Assembly: GCA_036444275.1 (NCBI GenBank)
Contig: JAZGAD010000015.1
Location: 1-64,000 of the forward strand
Source of the DNA: Candidatus Hydrothermarchaeales archaeon
Lineage (GTDB): Archaea; Hydrothermarchaeota; Hydrothermarchaeia; Hydrothermarchaeales; JAZGAD01
DNA length: 64,000 nt
Reading direction: 5' to 3'
Shown: positions 11,656 to 23,086 of the stretch, piece after piece
Layout: each line of letters begins with the position of its first letter
How positions within the stretch are numbered: position 1 is the stretch's first letter
The notes under the pieces: model-generated
Database searches by the model: none
What the model saw: only the letters and a program-made list of their open reading frames with translations
Told to the model about the DNA's origin: nothing
Position numbers and translations under genes: made by a program

Positions 11656-12438
11656 CTACATAAATTTTTCTGCCAGTAATTTATAAAGTCTCTCTTTCAT
11701 TCCTTCAAGATTCAGCATTCTCGCTTTACCGCCATGATCAGTTTGTACCCAATAGACCTCGCCTTTTAACTTCTTTAGATACTTATCATCAATCTCCTCA
11801 TCATCACCCACAGTAATCGGAAGCAATTCTACAATTCCTTTTGCCTCTAAATCCTGCAGAAATGATTTTGTTTTTTCGTCATAGAGATTCAGCCGATTTT
11901 CAATGGTTTCGATATTATCATCGACACGTTTAACGAGCTTGCCGCCGCATTTATCACAGACTCCTTCCACTTTGGGTGGATCGAAATCACTATAACCAGT
12001 GGAGCAATCAACACATGCCCGCCGATTGCTTTCAACAACACCATAGCTCAGGAACTTTCGAGGCACATCCAGATAGAGAACAAGATTAAGGTCGACTTGT
12101 GAAAATAAGACATCTGCCTGCGCTTTCGTTCGTGGGAATCCGTCCAGAACAAAGCCATTTTCCTGACACTCCTTCCGATTCAGATGTTCCATGACGATGG
12201 GAACAACGATCTCATCAGGAACAAGATCACCCCGTTTCATAAAATCAAGCGCTTTTTTGGATAATCCGGAATCAGGATCCTCACGAACCTTTGCCCTTAA
12301 AGCAATTCCTGCAGCAATGTGAAGCAACCCTAACGCTTTTAAATCCCTCGATCTGTTCCCCTTTCCACAACCGGGGGGTCCAAAAAGGAGAATCTTGTTC
12401 CCCTTCACCGCAGCTTTTAATTTTTCTAAATTTTCCAT
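11656..12438 (-). CDS. adk: Bacterial-type adenylate kinase with Zn LID and C-terminal extension
   Basis: GPPGCGKG, GDLVPDE, GFVLDGFPRT, CVDC..CDKC, RVDD. Confidence 0.85.
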   Translation of the reverse strand: MENLEKLKAAVKGNKILLFGPPGCGKGNRSRDLKALGLLHIAAGIALRAKVREDPDSGLSKKALDFMKRGDLVPDEIVVPIVMEHLNRKECQENGFVLDGFPRTKAQADVLFSQVDLNLVLYLDVPRKFLSYGVVESNRRACVDCSTGYSDFDPPKVEGVCDKCGGKLVKRVDDNIETIENRLNLYDEKTKSFLQDLEAKGIVELLPITVGDDEEIDDKYLKKLKGEVYWVQTDHGGKARMLNLEGMKERLYKLLAEKFM

Positions 12439-12579
12439 AACTAATCTATCCTTTCTTAGTGGTTTTTACAAACTTATTAAGCGCTGTTGCAAACATCTTC
12501 AGCGTTTGATACTACTCTTCTGCTATTTTTGCACCGAGTTTTGTTTTTGTAGAGATAATTCCAGTTTGATGTAAATCGC

Positions 12580-13227
12580 TCATCGTTTTGTCAATGCATA
12601 ATCTTTGTTAATAATAAAATTCGCTTTCTTTTTTAGTTGAGATACCGCTTGATGCTCTCTTTCCAGAACAGCAAATCTGAAATCATCCATCACCTCTTTG
12701 CCCCGTTCGGCCTGAAATTCCTTCGTGTCGTGATACGTCAGATCAATAAAAATATTATAGTCCGCATCGATAATATTCGCATACAAACCATCAACAATCA
12801 GGACGGGAATATTCTGAAAATTGGCAACAAGTTCATACTGGGTAGAAGTTAAAATATCGTAGATGGGAACACGCGTTAGCCCAGCGTCCTCTTTGAACCT
12901 TTTAATAATATACACCAATTCATTCTGATTAATTTCAGAAATGCCAACAGACGCTAAGTTGGTTTTCACACGGAGTTCATTTCTTTCTTTTCTTGGCAGA
13001 ATGAAGAAATCATCAACCGGAAGGATAAATGATTTTAATTCGTAAGTGGACTTGAAAAGATTATCGCTGATCACGTGAACAATTCCGGACTTACCGCTTC
13101 CTGATTCACCACCAACAGCGATAATGAGTTTTTCTTCCCGGGGGAAATCTTCTAATATGATCTCCGAAAGTTGATCAGCAACTTTTTTGTATTCCTCTTT
13201 GATAATTACAAGGTCCCTTAATGGCAT
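12580..13227 (-). CDS. Uridine kinase-like P-loop kinase
   Basis: AVGGESGSGKS, VDDFF, LIVDGLYA. Confidence 0.75.
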   Translation of the reverse strand: MPLRDLVIIKEEYKKVADQLSEIILEDFPREEKLIIAVGGESGSGKSGIVHVISDNLFKSTYELKSFILPVDDFFILPRKERNELRVKTNLASVGISEINQNELVYIIKRFKEDAGLTRVPIYDILTSTQYELVANFQNIPVLIVDGLYANIIDADYNIFIDLTYHDTKEFQAERGKEVMDDFRFAVLEREHQAVSQLKKKANFIINKDYALTKR

Positions 13228-13293
13228 AACAATCTCCTCTTTTCGGGTGCATACATCATCTGGCCTACGTGCGTCTTATCGAAATCCACGCTT

Positions 13294-13851
13294 TCAATGA
13301 CCCTTATCACCAAGCTTTTCCCTCATTATCCCGTCAACATTCTGGATAAGCTCCTCCAAAGTGCCAGTATTATCAAGGACGTAATCTGCCTTTCGTTCAA
13401 CGATATCCAGTCCTCTCTCCGTTGCAGCCTTTTCATTCACCAAAAACTGCTCAAATGTTATAGTTGCTTCTCCCCTCGTGCCCCGTTTAACACTACGCTG
13501 ATAACGCAGCTCAGAGGGCGCTGAAACGAAGATTAGAATACCTTTGAAGTCTCTGAGCATCTCAACTTCATTTTCGTATCGTATACCATCAATCACCACG
13601 ACATCTGCCTTTTCAGTTTCAAGGTCTTTTTTCATCGCATTTACTATCACGTCGTGGCCGAGTTCTTTGCGTATGCTTCCCCCAAGTCTCTGGAGGTATC
13701 CCCTCTCGTGAGGCAGGTACAATCTGTCCAAGATGTCTTCTAGAATTTCAGAAAAGCGGTGCTCTGTCGCTCCATACGCTTTTTGCAAATGCTCACTTAC
13801 GACAGTTTTCCCAGAGCCGATTTTGCCTGCTAGACCAACGTAAAGCCTCAT
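13294..13851 (-). CDS. P-loop nucleoside monophosphate kinase-like (dephospho-CoA kinase-like) protein
   Basis: GKIGSGKT, VVIDGIRYENE, ADYVLDN. Confidence 0.8.
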   Translation of the reverse strand: MRLYVGLAGKIGSGKTVVSEHLQKAYGATEHRFSEILEDILDRLYLPHERGYLQRLGGSIRKELGHDVIVNAMKKDLETEKADVVVIDGIRYENEVEMLRDFKGILIFVSAPSELRYQRSVKRGTRGEATITFEQFLVNEKAATERGLDIVERKADYVLDNTGTLEELIQNVDGIMREKLGDKGH

Positions 13852-14351
13852 CTTTCACCCTGAGCACTGCTCTCAGCAGGCGTCAGCTGGTCCTTCTCAT
13901 CCTTCCATTCATGAGAATTAAGATATGTTACCTCGACACCCGCATTATGTAAGATCTTCAATCCCTCCTCGTCAGAATAGCTCCCACTGACTACGATACG
14001 CATTATACCGGCGTTCACTATCAACCTAGCGCATATCTTGCATGGAAAGCCGTTGATGTACAGCGTGGCATTTCTAGCTTGCTTGCCGGCCTGTAACAGG
14101 GCATTCTGCTCCGCGTGAACAGCGGGGCATATTCCGTGCCCCATGCCGCTTGATACACTCATCTCATCCTTTATGCAACCTATTTCCTCGCAGTGGGGAG
14201 CACCACGCACAACGCCGTTATATCCCGTGGAGATAATCTCCTTTTTGTCGTTCACCACGATAGCCCCGAACTGACGCCGTATGCACGTTGAACGAGCAGC
14301 AGCATCAACAACTAGCTTTGCGAAATATTCATCCCAGCTTGGACGCGACAT
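13848..14351 (-). CDS. dCMP deaminase family protein
   Basis: RPSWDEYF, STGYNG, HAEQNA, PCKIC. Confidence 0.92.
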   Translation of the reverse strand: MSRPSWDEYFAKLVVDAAARSTCIRRQFGAIVVNDKKEIISTGYNGVVRGAPHCEEIGCIKDEMSVSSGMGHGICPAVHAEQNALLQAGKQARNATLYINGFPCKICARLIVNAGIMRIVVSGSYSDEEGLKILHNAGVEVTYLNSHEWKDEKDQLTPAESSAQGER

Positions 14352-14484
14352 TTAAATCACCTCACTATCATCTGAGCACCCTGCCTAATGATTTTCGGTT
14401 TATCAAGAAGCATTTCCTATGCATCTATTGCAATTAATATTTGGTTTTTTTAATTAGCCACCAAATTAAAACAAATAATTTTGT

Positions 14485-14871
14485 TCATATTACTTCTGCA
14501 TTTTCTAGACCTTGAAAGTCCGAGTCGCAGGTAACAAGGATGGCATTCGCCTCATCAGCACCCACGTATATGAGGGCGTCTATCGTGTGGAGTCTCTTCT
14601 CTACGGATATCTCAGCAGCCTTCTCCACCTGGGTTTCGTTTACGTCTGTGATTATGCTGCGTTCCTTGATGAAGTTCACCGCCCCGTCAATATCCTTCGT
14701 TGAGTGTTTCTCTCTCAGCATCTTCCTCTTCACTTCGAATAAAGAAAGGACAGATGTAAAGACTACGGCCTCGGATTCAATGACATTTCTCGCCCTCTTG
14801 ATCTCTCCATAGAAGTACGAAAGCCAGACAGACGAGTCAACGAAGTAGCTAGATCTTGCGGTCTTCTTCAT
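14485..14871 (-). CDS. vapC: VapC (PIN) toxin
   Basis: FVDSSVW, E, DALIY, LVTCDSDF. Confidence 0.9.
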   Translation of the reverse strand: MKKTARSSYFVDSSVWLSYFYGEIKRARNVIESEAVVFTSVLSLFEVKRKMLREKHSTKDIDGAVNFIKERSIITDVNETQVEKAAEISVEKRLHTIDALIYVGADEANAILVTCDSDFQGLENAEVI

Positions 14872-15058
14872 CCCTGAGTCCCTCCAGGATCGCCGTCCTT
14901 GACTTCTTACCCAGCACACCGAAGAGCGATTTTTTGGGGTGCATCGCCTCTTCGACGAGCCTCTCGATGACCCTGTCGTAAGACTCCAACTTGTACCTCC
15001 CCTTAATTTTCTTCAGCACCTTTATTGTGGTCTTACTCACTTGGATAGTTGTCGTCAT
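14849..15058 (-). CDS. vapB: VapB antitoxin
   Basis: MTTTIQVS..SYDRVIERL..SLFGVL; overlaps toxin. Confidence 0.8.
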   Translation of the reverse strand: MTTTIQVSKTTIKVLKKIKGRYKLESYDRVIERLVEEAMHPKKSLFGVLGKKSRTAILEGLRDEEDRKI

Positions 15059-15154
15059 TTTTTCACCTGCTAGCTATAGACTATAATCTATATACTATAA
15101 GTAACTTGGGGAAACATTTCTAGGAAAACTATGATCTGGCGTTGGTCGTAGACG

Positions 15155-16423
15155 CTACTTCTCAACTTTTTCCTTTAGCAACTTCATGGAACAGAACTCG
15201 CCGCACATAGTACAAACATCAGGGCTAACTGGCCTCCTGTCCTTCCTGAACTCCATTGCCCTTTCGGGATTGATGCATAACTTAAACTGTTTTGCCCAGT
15301 CCAGATTAGCCCGTGCCTCTGCCATCTCCCTATCTCTTTCAACGTCAATACCACTCGCTATGTCAGCTGCATGGGCAGCTATTTTCGAAGCAATCACACC
15401 CTGCTTAACGTCCTCCACCGTTGGCAAGGCGAGGTGTTCAGCAGGTGTTACATAACACAGGAAATCGGCACCCGCCATAGCCGCTATAGCTCCACCTATG
15501 GCCCCTGTGATGTGATCATAACCAGGGGCAATATCAGTAACCAAGGGGCCCAAAACATAGAAGGGTGCGCCCTTGCAGATCTTCTTCTCCAATATGACAT
15601 TGGCTTCTATTTGGTCTATAGGTAAGTGCCCCGGCCCCTCAACCATACACTGTACACCACTCCGTCTCGCTCGCTCCACCAGCTCGCCTAGCACAGTCAA
15701 TTCATGGATCTGGGCTTTATCAGTGGCATCGTGTATACTGCCAGGGCGGAGTGCATCGCCTAAGCTTAATGTGATGTCATACTCACCAGCCACTTCCAGC
15801 AGATAATCGAAGCTGCAATATAAAGGATTCTCCTGGGAATTGTGAAGCATCCAAGCTGCTAGGAAAGACCCTCCTCGGCTCACTATGCCTGTGAGCCGCT
15901 CCCTGGACTTCTCCACACCCTCGAGGGTTATACCTGCATGCACAGTCATGAAGTCAACGCCCTCCTTCGCCTGTCCTTCGATTGCCTTGAAGATATCGCT
16001 CTCCTTCATATTCACTATGCCGCCCCGCTTCTTCAACGCTACGACGCCAGCCTCATAAATAGGGACCGTTCCTAGGGGTACCAATAGCTTCAACAGCGCC
16101 TTCCTAACGCCTTTGATGTCCCCGCCTATGCTAAGATCCATTAGGGTGTCAGCGCCGCATTCTAGGGCAGCCTCCGCCTTTTTAATCTCATCCTTGACGC
16201 CTGTGAAATCCGGAGAGGTGCCCACATTGGCGTTGACCTTAACCCTTAAGCCCGAGCCTATCCCAATGGCAGGTACGCCGTCTCTAAGAATATTTTTGGG
16301 TATAACGATTCTGCCCTCTGCAACTCCACGGCTAATTCTTTCCGCTGGAACACCCTCCCTACTGCTAACCTCCAGTACTTCAGGGGTGATATCTCGTCTC
16401 CTAGCAAGCTGCATCTGAGTCAT
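15155..16423 (-). CDS. thiC: Phosphomethylpyrimidine synthase
   Basis: KVNANVGTS, GIVSRGGS, EGPGH, CTMCGEFC. Confidence 0.95.
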   Translation of the reverse strand: MTQMQLARRRDITPEVLEVSSREGVPAERISRGVAEGRIVIPKNILRDGVPAIGIGSGLRVKVNANVGTSPDFTGVKDEIKKAEAALECGADTLMDLSIGGDIKGVRKALLKLLVPLGTVPIYEAGVVALKKRGGIVNMKESDIFKAIEGQAKEGVDFMTVHAGITLEGVEKSRERLTGIVSRGGSFLAAWMLHNSQENPLYCSFDYLLEVAGEYDITLSLGDALRPGSIHDATDKAQIHELTVLGELVERARRSGVQCMVEGPGHLPIDQIEANVILEKKICKGAPFYVLGPLVTDIAPGYDHITGAIGGAIAAMAGADFLCYVTPAEHLALPTVEDVKQGVIASKIAAHAADIASGIDVERDREMAEARANLDWAKQFKLCINPERAMEFRKDRRPVSPDVCTMCGEFCSMKLLKEKVEK

Positions 16424-16477
16424 CTTATCTTAGTCCAATCCCAATTTTTATATTAACATCGACCTTATTATTATAAC

Positions 16478-16857
16478 ATGGGCCTGCGGGAGATAAAGGC
16501 TAGTGATATCATGCTTAAGGATGTCATTACAATTGGGCCCGATGAACACCTGCCTATAGCCAAGCTAAAGACCCTGAGGAGAGGTGTAGGCGGCCTGCCT
16601 GTAGTCGAGAACGGAAGTCTACTTGGGATGATAACCCACCGTGATATCATCCTTCTGGGAAATAAAATTGCAAGCCTCATAGTCAGAGATATAATGTCTA
16701 GAAATGTGCTCTCAGTGGAGGAAGACACCTCCATTACAGAGATCGTTAGGCTTATGAAGGAGACAGGCTATCAAAGGCTGCCAGTGGTGAGGGGAAAGAA
16801 GCTTATAGGCTTAATCACCCAGAGCAGCATAATAAACGCCCTGGCCGAGGAACTGGG

Positions 16858-16861
<4 letters not shown>
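16478..16861 (+). CDS. CBS-pair protein
   Basis: Two CBS repeats (LPVV..GMIT; LPVV..GLIT). Confidence 0.9.
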
Positions 16862-18128
<1,267 letters not shown>

Positions 18129-18151
18129 AGAAAACTAGACTAGTATTAGAA

Positions 18152-18604
18152 TTAGAACTCGAATAGAAACTCTTTTTCTACTTTACCACGCCTTATATTC
18201 ACGCCTTCTCTTTGTAACAGTAAAGCCTTTGTCTCCGACCCATATGCATAATTTCCTACACTGAGATCAGACCTTATTACCCTGTGGCACGGTATCAAGA
18301 TAGGGAAACGATTCCTTGCCATAACCCCTCCAACTGCTCTCGCGGCATTTCTCTTTCCTACTGCTCTGGCTATGCCTTTGTAGGTGGCCACCCTACCCGG
18401 GGGTATATCCCTGACCTTCCTCAAAACTTTCCTTTCGAAATCTGAAAAACCTGAGAGCTCCAATTCGTATTCGAGTAATTCTTGCTGAGAAAGCTCTCTA
18501 CCGACAGGACTTTGGTTGAGGTTGAAGATTACCTGGCTAACCTTTCCCTCATGGAGAAGTATCTCAAATGATAGGCCCCCGTATTTGAAAAACATCTGCC
18601 TCAT
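18152..18604 (-). CDS. ogt: Methylated-DNA-protein-cysteine methyltransferase
   Basis: ARAVG, IPCHRV active site. Confidence 0.92.
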   Translation of the reverse strand: MRQMFFKYGGLSFEILLHEGKVSQVIFNLNQSPVGRELSQQELLEYELELSGFSDFERKVLRKVRDIPPGRVATYKGIARAVGKRNAARAVGGVMARNRFPILIPCHRVIRSDLSVGNYAYGSETKALLLQREGVNIRRGKVEKEFLFEF

Positions 18605-18713
18605 TGCTATCGATATGGATATCTATTTGCGTATGATATAATTCACGGTACTTCTAATAACGCTTATAAGAAGATAAAATTAAATTAGGAATACAAGAAT
18701 AGACAGGGGTAAC

Positions 18714-19220
18714 ATGGACTGGAAAAAAGAGATCAAGGAGACAATCCTCTATATATTCGTGGGTCTGATCCTGGCCTACGTCATCAACACCGGCTTGGGA
18801 TATGCCCTAGATACGACAAAGCCTGTTATGGCGGTAGTGTCGAACAGCATGGAGCCTACCTTTTCGCGAGGTGATCTAGTAGTGATCAAGGGCGCCGCTC
18901 ATGATGATATCTGGGTAGGGGACGTAATAGTATATGATAACCCGTGTAGAGGGATCCCGGTCGTCCATAGGGTTATAGACATAAAAGAAGCGCCGGTACC
19001 TGAATCCTATCGCTGCCCCAACGGAGTAGTGCTCTCATCAGAAAATGGTATTCCAGTAGTCTTCTATACCAAGGGGGATAACATGAGGACCAATCACCTG
19101 TCTGATCAAGCCTCTGGGATAGCCCCTCCTATAAAGCCCAATTGGGTAAGGGGCAGGGTAATCTTGATAATTCCCAAGCTGGGTTGGCTCAGAGTGCTCC
19201 TAACCGAGCTAGTATTGTGA
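18714..19220 (+). CDS. Signal peptidase I (Sec11 type)
   Basis: SNSMEP, GD, VVHRV, TKGDN. Confidence 0.92.
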   Translation: MDWKKEIKETILYIFVGLILAYVINTGLGYALDTTKPVMAVVSNSMEPTFSRGDLVVIKGAAHDDIWVGDVIVYDNPCRGIPVVHRVIDIKEAPVPESYRCPNGVVLSSENGIPVVFYTKGDNMRTNHLSDQASGIAPPIKPNWVRGRVILIIPKLGWLRVLLTELVL

Positions 19221-19226
19221 ACTAAA

Positions 19227-20534
19227 CTACCTTAACTGCCCTCCTAAGCTTGAAAGTAGTTTTGTGACCTCATCGAAGTCGAATTCTATTGCTTCCACTC
19301 TGAGGGTTACGCTTTTCTTTCCCTTTGGGATCTGCTTGCCCTTGTAGGTATCGACTATTGAGCAGGAGGTTATCCCCTCATCTGAGCTCTCTACCACCTT
19401 CCTGAGGGTCTCCCCATCCATCCCCTCTGGTATCAAGACTGAGAAGTCCCTCCTCATTACTGGAAGATTCTCTGATTTCCATTTTCTCATGGAATCCTCA
19501 TCCAAGAGCTCCACATTTGAGAGTTTCAAGGGTATCTTCTTCCCGCTTCGGTCCTGCAGGAGCACCGTATCATGAGCTATCTCCTTTACTTTGCCCATAT
19601 GGACTGCTCCCGAGTAAATGTGCTTCAGGGCCACTTCCTTGCCTAGTGATTCCCTGAGTCTCTTCAGCTCCCCTGTTAAGGCGAGTATAGCCTTGTCGCT
19701 CCTGCCCATACTAGCGTCTATATCACCTATATGCCGCGCAGCCTCTGCCATGACCTTGACGAAGGCGTTTGTATCCTGCTTTTCAATTATCGTACGCAGA
19801 TTCTGAGCCTGCTCTATAAACACGTCGTGGACCTCCTTCACCCTGGGGTTGTGCATCTGTATCGAGGCATAGAGCTGGGGCCTCTGGCCCACGATGCGTG
19901 CTATGAGGTCTAGCATGAGCTCGTAGATAGGCGAGGCGAACTTCCTGGAGTGAGCTACGTCGATGTTCAGCTCTTTCAGGGTAGTCGCAGAGGCTATGTA
20001 GGCAAAGTGAGTCAATCCCTGGACAACACCCATTATCGTGTCATGCTCCTCAGGCGTTGTTATGAAGATCTTGGCACCGCGTTTCTCCAGGAACGCTAGT
20101 ACGAACTTCTCCCACTTGTCCACCCGTATAGGTGTAAGGATGAAAGTCATGCCCTCTATAGAAGTCACCCTGGGACCGAACATGGGGTGTGTGCCCATGA
20201 TCTCAACATCGTTTCGAGCGTGTTTCTGCATTGCAGCGCAGGGCTCCTCCTTAACAGAGGTGACATCCATGAGAAGGCACTTTGGGCGAACGTGTGGCGC
20301 TACCTCCTTGATTACGTCGACAGTGTTTTCGATGTAGACCGAGATGATAACCACGTCGCTTTCTTTAGCTGCCTTTACGTTGTCATTTGTGAAAGCCACG
20401 CCAAGCTGCTCTGCCACTTTCTCGCCCTTATGCACATCTCTCCCAGTTATCACTACCTCGTGGCCTTCTTCCTTGAACAGTCTGGCGAAAATCCTTCCAA
20501 ACTCTCCACTGCCGCCTATGATTGCTACCTTCAT
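19227..20534 (-). CDS. tyrA: Prephenate dehydrogenase with C-terminal FDX-ACB-like domain
   Basis: IIGGSGEFG, DVTSVK, HPMFGP, EEHD..QGLTH; tail RRDFSV..DTYKGKQIPKGKKSVTLR. Confidence 0.9.
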   Translation of the reverse strand: MKVAIIGGSGEFGRIFARLFKEEGHEVVITGRDVHKGEKVAEQLGVAFTNDNVKAAKESDVVIISVYIENTVDVIKEVAPHVRPKCLLMDVTSVKEEPCAAMQKHARNDVEIMGTHPMFGPRVTSIEGMTFILTPIRVDKWEKFVLAFLEKRGAKIFITTPEEHDTIMGVVQGLTHFAYIASATTLKELNIDVAHSRKFASPIYELMLDLIARIVGQRPQLYASIQMHNPRVKEVHDVFIEQAQNLRTIIEKQDTNAFVKVMAEAARHIGDIDASMGRSDKAILALTGELKRLRESLGKEVALKHIYSGAVHMGKVKEIAHDTVLLQDRSGKKIPLKLSNVELLDEDSMRKWKSENLPVMRRDFSVLIPEGMDGETLRKVVESSDEGITSCSIVDTYKGKQIPKGKKSVTLRVEAIEFDFDEVTKLLSSLGGQLR

Positions 20535-20621
20535 CTTGGTTCCCTTTTTTCTTATTCTCAATTGCTATACTTTCCTAATAAAAGGTTATACTTAAGTAGG
20601 ATGCGTAATTCATTCCTCACA

Positions 20622-21137
20622 ATGAAGAACATCGTCTTAACTGGTTTCATGGGCTCGGGTAAAAGCGCTGTGGGTAAGAGACTGGCTCAGAGGCTCGGCA
20701 CGAAAGTGATAGACACCGATGACCTGATAGAGGAGCGGGCCTGCACGAGCATTACGAGCATCTTTTCTGAGCATGGGGAGAAGCACTTCAGGGAGCTGGA
20801 GAAGAGCGTCGTGAAAGATGTATCCCAGCTGGATAACCGCGTCATCATAACCGGGGGTGGCGTTGTGTTAGATCCTGAGAACATTGAGAACCTCAAGAGA
20901 AACGGAGTCATAGTATACCTCCCTGTAGAGCCGGATGTGGCGTATGAGCGGGTTAAGCGCCGGACGCATAGGCCGCTTTTACAAGTCGAAGACCCGTTGA
21001 AGACAATCAAAGAACTCATGGAATATCGTGCTCAGTTTTATGCCAACAACGACTACGAGATCGACACTTTTAAGCTGACTGTAGACGAGGTCGTCGAAAA
21101 TATCTTGAGAGATGTCAAACCCTTCATCGGAGATTGA
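20622..21137 (+). CDS. aroK: Shikimate kinase, bacterial P-loop type
   Basis: LTGFMGSGKS, DTD, GEKHFRELE, TGGG, RPLL. Confidence 0.93.
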   Translation: MKNIVLTGFMGSGKSAVGKRLAQRLGTKVIDTDDLIEERACTSITSIFSEHGEKHFRELEKSVVKDVSQLDNRVIITGGGVVLDPENIENLKRNGVIVYLPVEPDVAYERVKRRTHRPLLQVEDPLKTIKELMEYRAQFYANNDYEIDTFKLTVDEVVENILRDVKPFIGD

Positions 21138-21145
21138 ATAGCTCT

Positions 21146-21517
21146 TTATTCCAGCCCATAGATCCTTATATTCTTGAGGGAATCAATGGAGCCCGACTTT
21201 TTGTACATCTCAAGTGCTTTGGTTCTGTCGTCCTGTTTCATATACGCATCACCCAAGACGCCGTACGAGTATTCATTGCCGAAATATCCCAGGGGTATCG
21301 CGTAGTTCAAGAGCTCCATAGCCTTGCAGACCCTGCCCTCATTCAAGAGTTCCTCAGCCTCCGTCGAGATGCGCATCTTCTCCCGGTAAGGCTTCTCCAA
21401 TTGTCTTCGAACCTCTGCTGGTGCCCTCTTTATCAATGTGGATAGCTCTGTAGCGTTTAATTCCTTGAAATTGCGGGAGAGCTTTTCTAAAACCTTCTCC
21501 TCTTCTGCCTTGTCCAT
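21146..21517 (-). CDS. Small TPR-like hypothetical protein
   Basis: YGVLGDAYMKQDDRTKALEMYKK TPR-like helix pair. Confidence 0.6.
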   Translation of the reverse strand: MDKAEEEKVLEKLSRNFKELNATELSTLIKRAPAEVRRQLEKPYREKMRISTEAEELLNEGRVCKAMELLNYAIPLGYFGNEYSYGVLGDAYMKQDDRTKALEMYKKSGSIDSLKNIRIYGLE

Positions 21518-21530
21518 CGTCTCACCCAAC

Positions 21531-22397
21531 CTATCCTTTTGAGAGTTCGCTTGCCACAACCCTCTTCATCACCTCTACCGGTGGGTCAATACCAAGCCAT
21601 ATCCTCAGCGACTCTGCCCCCTGATTCACGAACATGTCTATGCCACTTATAGTAGTCTTCACGCCAGCCTTTTTCGCTTCCCTCAGCAGCCTCGTCTCCA
21701 GAGGATTGTACACTATATCCATAACTTTCAAGTCCTCGTGGAATAGGTCAGCGGTTACAAGTGTATTGTCTACCTTAGGGTGCATACCGACTGGTGTGCA
21801 GTGAATAAGAAGGTCCGCCTTCTCTAATTCTTCTCTCAGGGTTTCATCGGTCATTATCCTTCCCTCTGCTCTGACTTCAGTGCCCTTTGAGACATCTCCT
21901 GCCAGCTTATTCAACTCGTCCTTCTCTACGCCCAGGATTGTTATAGACGAAGGCCCGCCCTTTAGCCCCAACGTAACTGCTATTGCTCTCGCAGCGCCTC
22001 CTGAGCCGATCATCAGTACACTCTTTCCCTTCGGGTCAGCTCCACCGCTCCTCAAGGCTCGCAGGGCGCCCATACCATCGGTGTTGTATCCCTCTAGCTT
22101 CTCACCGATCTTGATGGTGTTAACCGCACCTATTATCCTGGCTTCCTCAGAAAGCTCGTCTAGGTGCTTCATCACCTCCACCTTGTGTGGTATGGTCACG
22201 TTGGCACCGGTTATCCCTAGAGCTTTCATTCCTCTGATTGCATCCTCTAGGCCTTCTTTCCTGACTCTGAAAGCTGTATATGCGCAGTTGAGGTTCATGT
22301 GCTCGAAGGCAGTATTATGCATCACTGGCGACATGGAATGCTCTATTGGATCGCCTATCACGCAGAAGAGTTTGGTCTTGGCATCTATCATTTTCAT
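21531..22397 (-). CDS. aroE: Shikimate dehydrogenase
   Basis: HSMSP, NVTIPHK, GAVNT, NTDG, GSGGAARA. Confidence 0.95.
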   Translation of the reverse strand: MKMIDAKTKLFCVIGDPIEHSMSPVMHNTAFEHMNLNCAYTAFRVRKEGLEDAIRGMKALGITGANVTIPHKVEVMKHLDELSEEARIIGAVNTIKIGEKLEGYNTDGMGALRALRSGGADPKGKSVLMIGSGGAARAIAVTLGLKGGPSSITILGVEKDELNKLAGDVSKGTEVRAEGRIMTDETLREELEKADLLIHCTPVGMHPKVDNTLVTADLFHEDLKVMDIVYNPLETRLLREAKKAGVKTTISGIDMFVNQGAESLRIWLGIDPPVEVMKRVVASELSKG

Positions 22398-22398
22398 T

Positions 22399-23079
22399 TT
22401 ATTTCAAGGCCTCCAGCATTCCCTTCACTTCCTTTACTGTCAACTGCCCGGGTGCCGTTGCCTTCCCTACAGAGGCATAGGTTATCTCAGAGCCGAAGAA
22501 TGGAGCCATTATCCTGGAAATCCTTCCGAGTTCGCCCATAGCTATGGTGCACACCCTGCTTTTTTCTGACGCCTTCCGGGTTACCTCGAGAAGCCTTAGC
22601 ACGTCTTCCATGGAGTTAGCTGTCACCGCCAGCTTCGCTATATCAGCACCTAAAGCGCTTTCTTTTTTCAATATATCCAGCATCTCCTTGTCTGCTGGTG
22701 TAGAGGCAAAATCGTGATATGATATGATCAACGTTACACCCTCGTCCTTAGCTTCTTGGATAGCACTGCTCCTAAGCCTTCCATCGGTGTTGTATTCGAT
22801 GTCCACGAAATCTGCGAGACTCATACACCGCAGGAGCACCTCAATCCTCTCTTTCTCGCTTCCCTTGAAGTTTCCTCCTTCCTTTTTCGTCCTGTTGGTC
22901 AGGATCAATGGCATACCCACTAGGCCTTTCACGCTCCTCAAGAGCCTCTCCACCTCCCCTCGTGTCTGTTTCGCCAGTCCGTCTGCCCTTATCTCGACTA
23001 AGTCAGCTTCCTTTGCACTTGCTACAGCACCTAAGAAGCCTTCTACTGTCTCCTCCATTATGGAAGCACAAATCTGCAT
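22399..23079 (-). CDS. aroD: Type I 3-dehydroquinate dehydratase
   Basis: EIRAD, SYHDF, DIAKLA, MGELGRISR, APGQ. Confidence 0.93.
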   Translation of the reverse strand: MQICASIMEETVEGFLGAVASAKEADLVEIRADGLAKQTRGEVERLLRSVKGLVGMPLILTNRTKKEGGNFKGSEKERIEVLLRCMSLADFVDIEYNTDGRLRSSAIQEAKDEGVTLIISYHDFASTPADKEMLDILKKESALGADIAKLAVTANSMEDVLRLLEVTRKASEKSRVCTIAMGELGRISRIMAPFFGSEITYASVGKATAPGQLTVKEVKGMLEALK

Positions 23080-23086
23080 CGCCGGT

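Noticed and set aside
16424-16477. TPP riboswitch upstream of thiC
   Set aside because: Only 54 bp of AT-rich divergent intergenic DNA; no aptamer motif
20187-20621. Long N-terminal extension on AroK
   Set aside because: Overlaps tyrA antisense; the real start is the ATG at 20622
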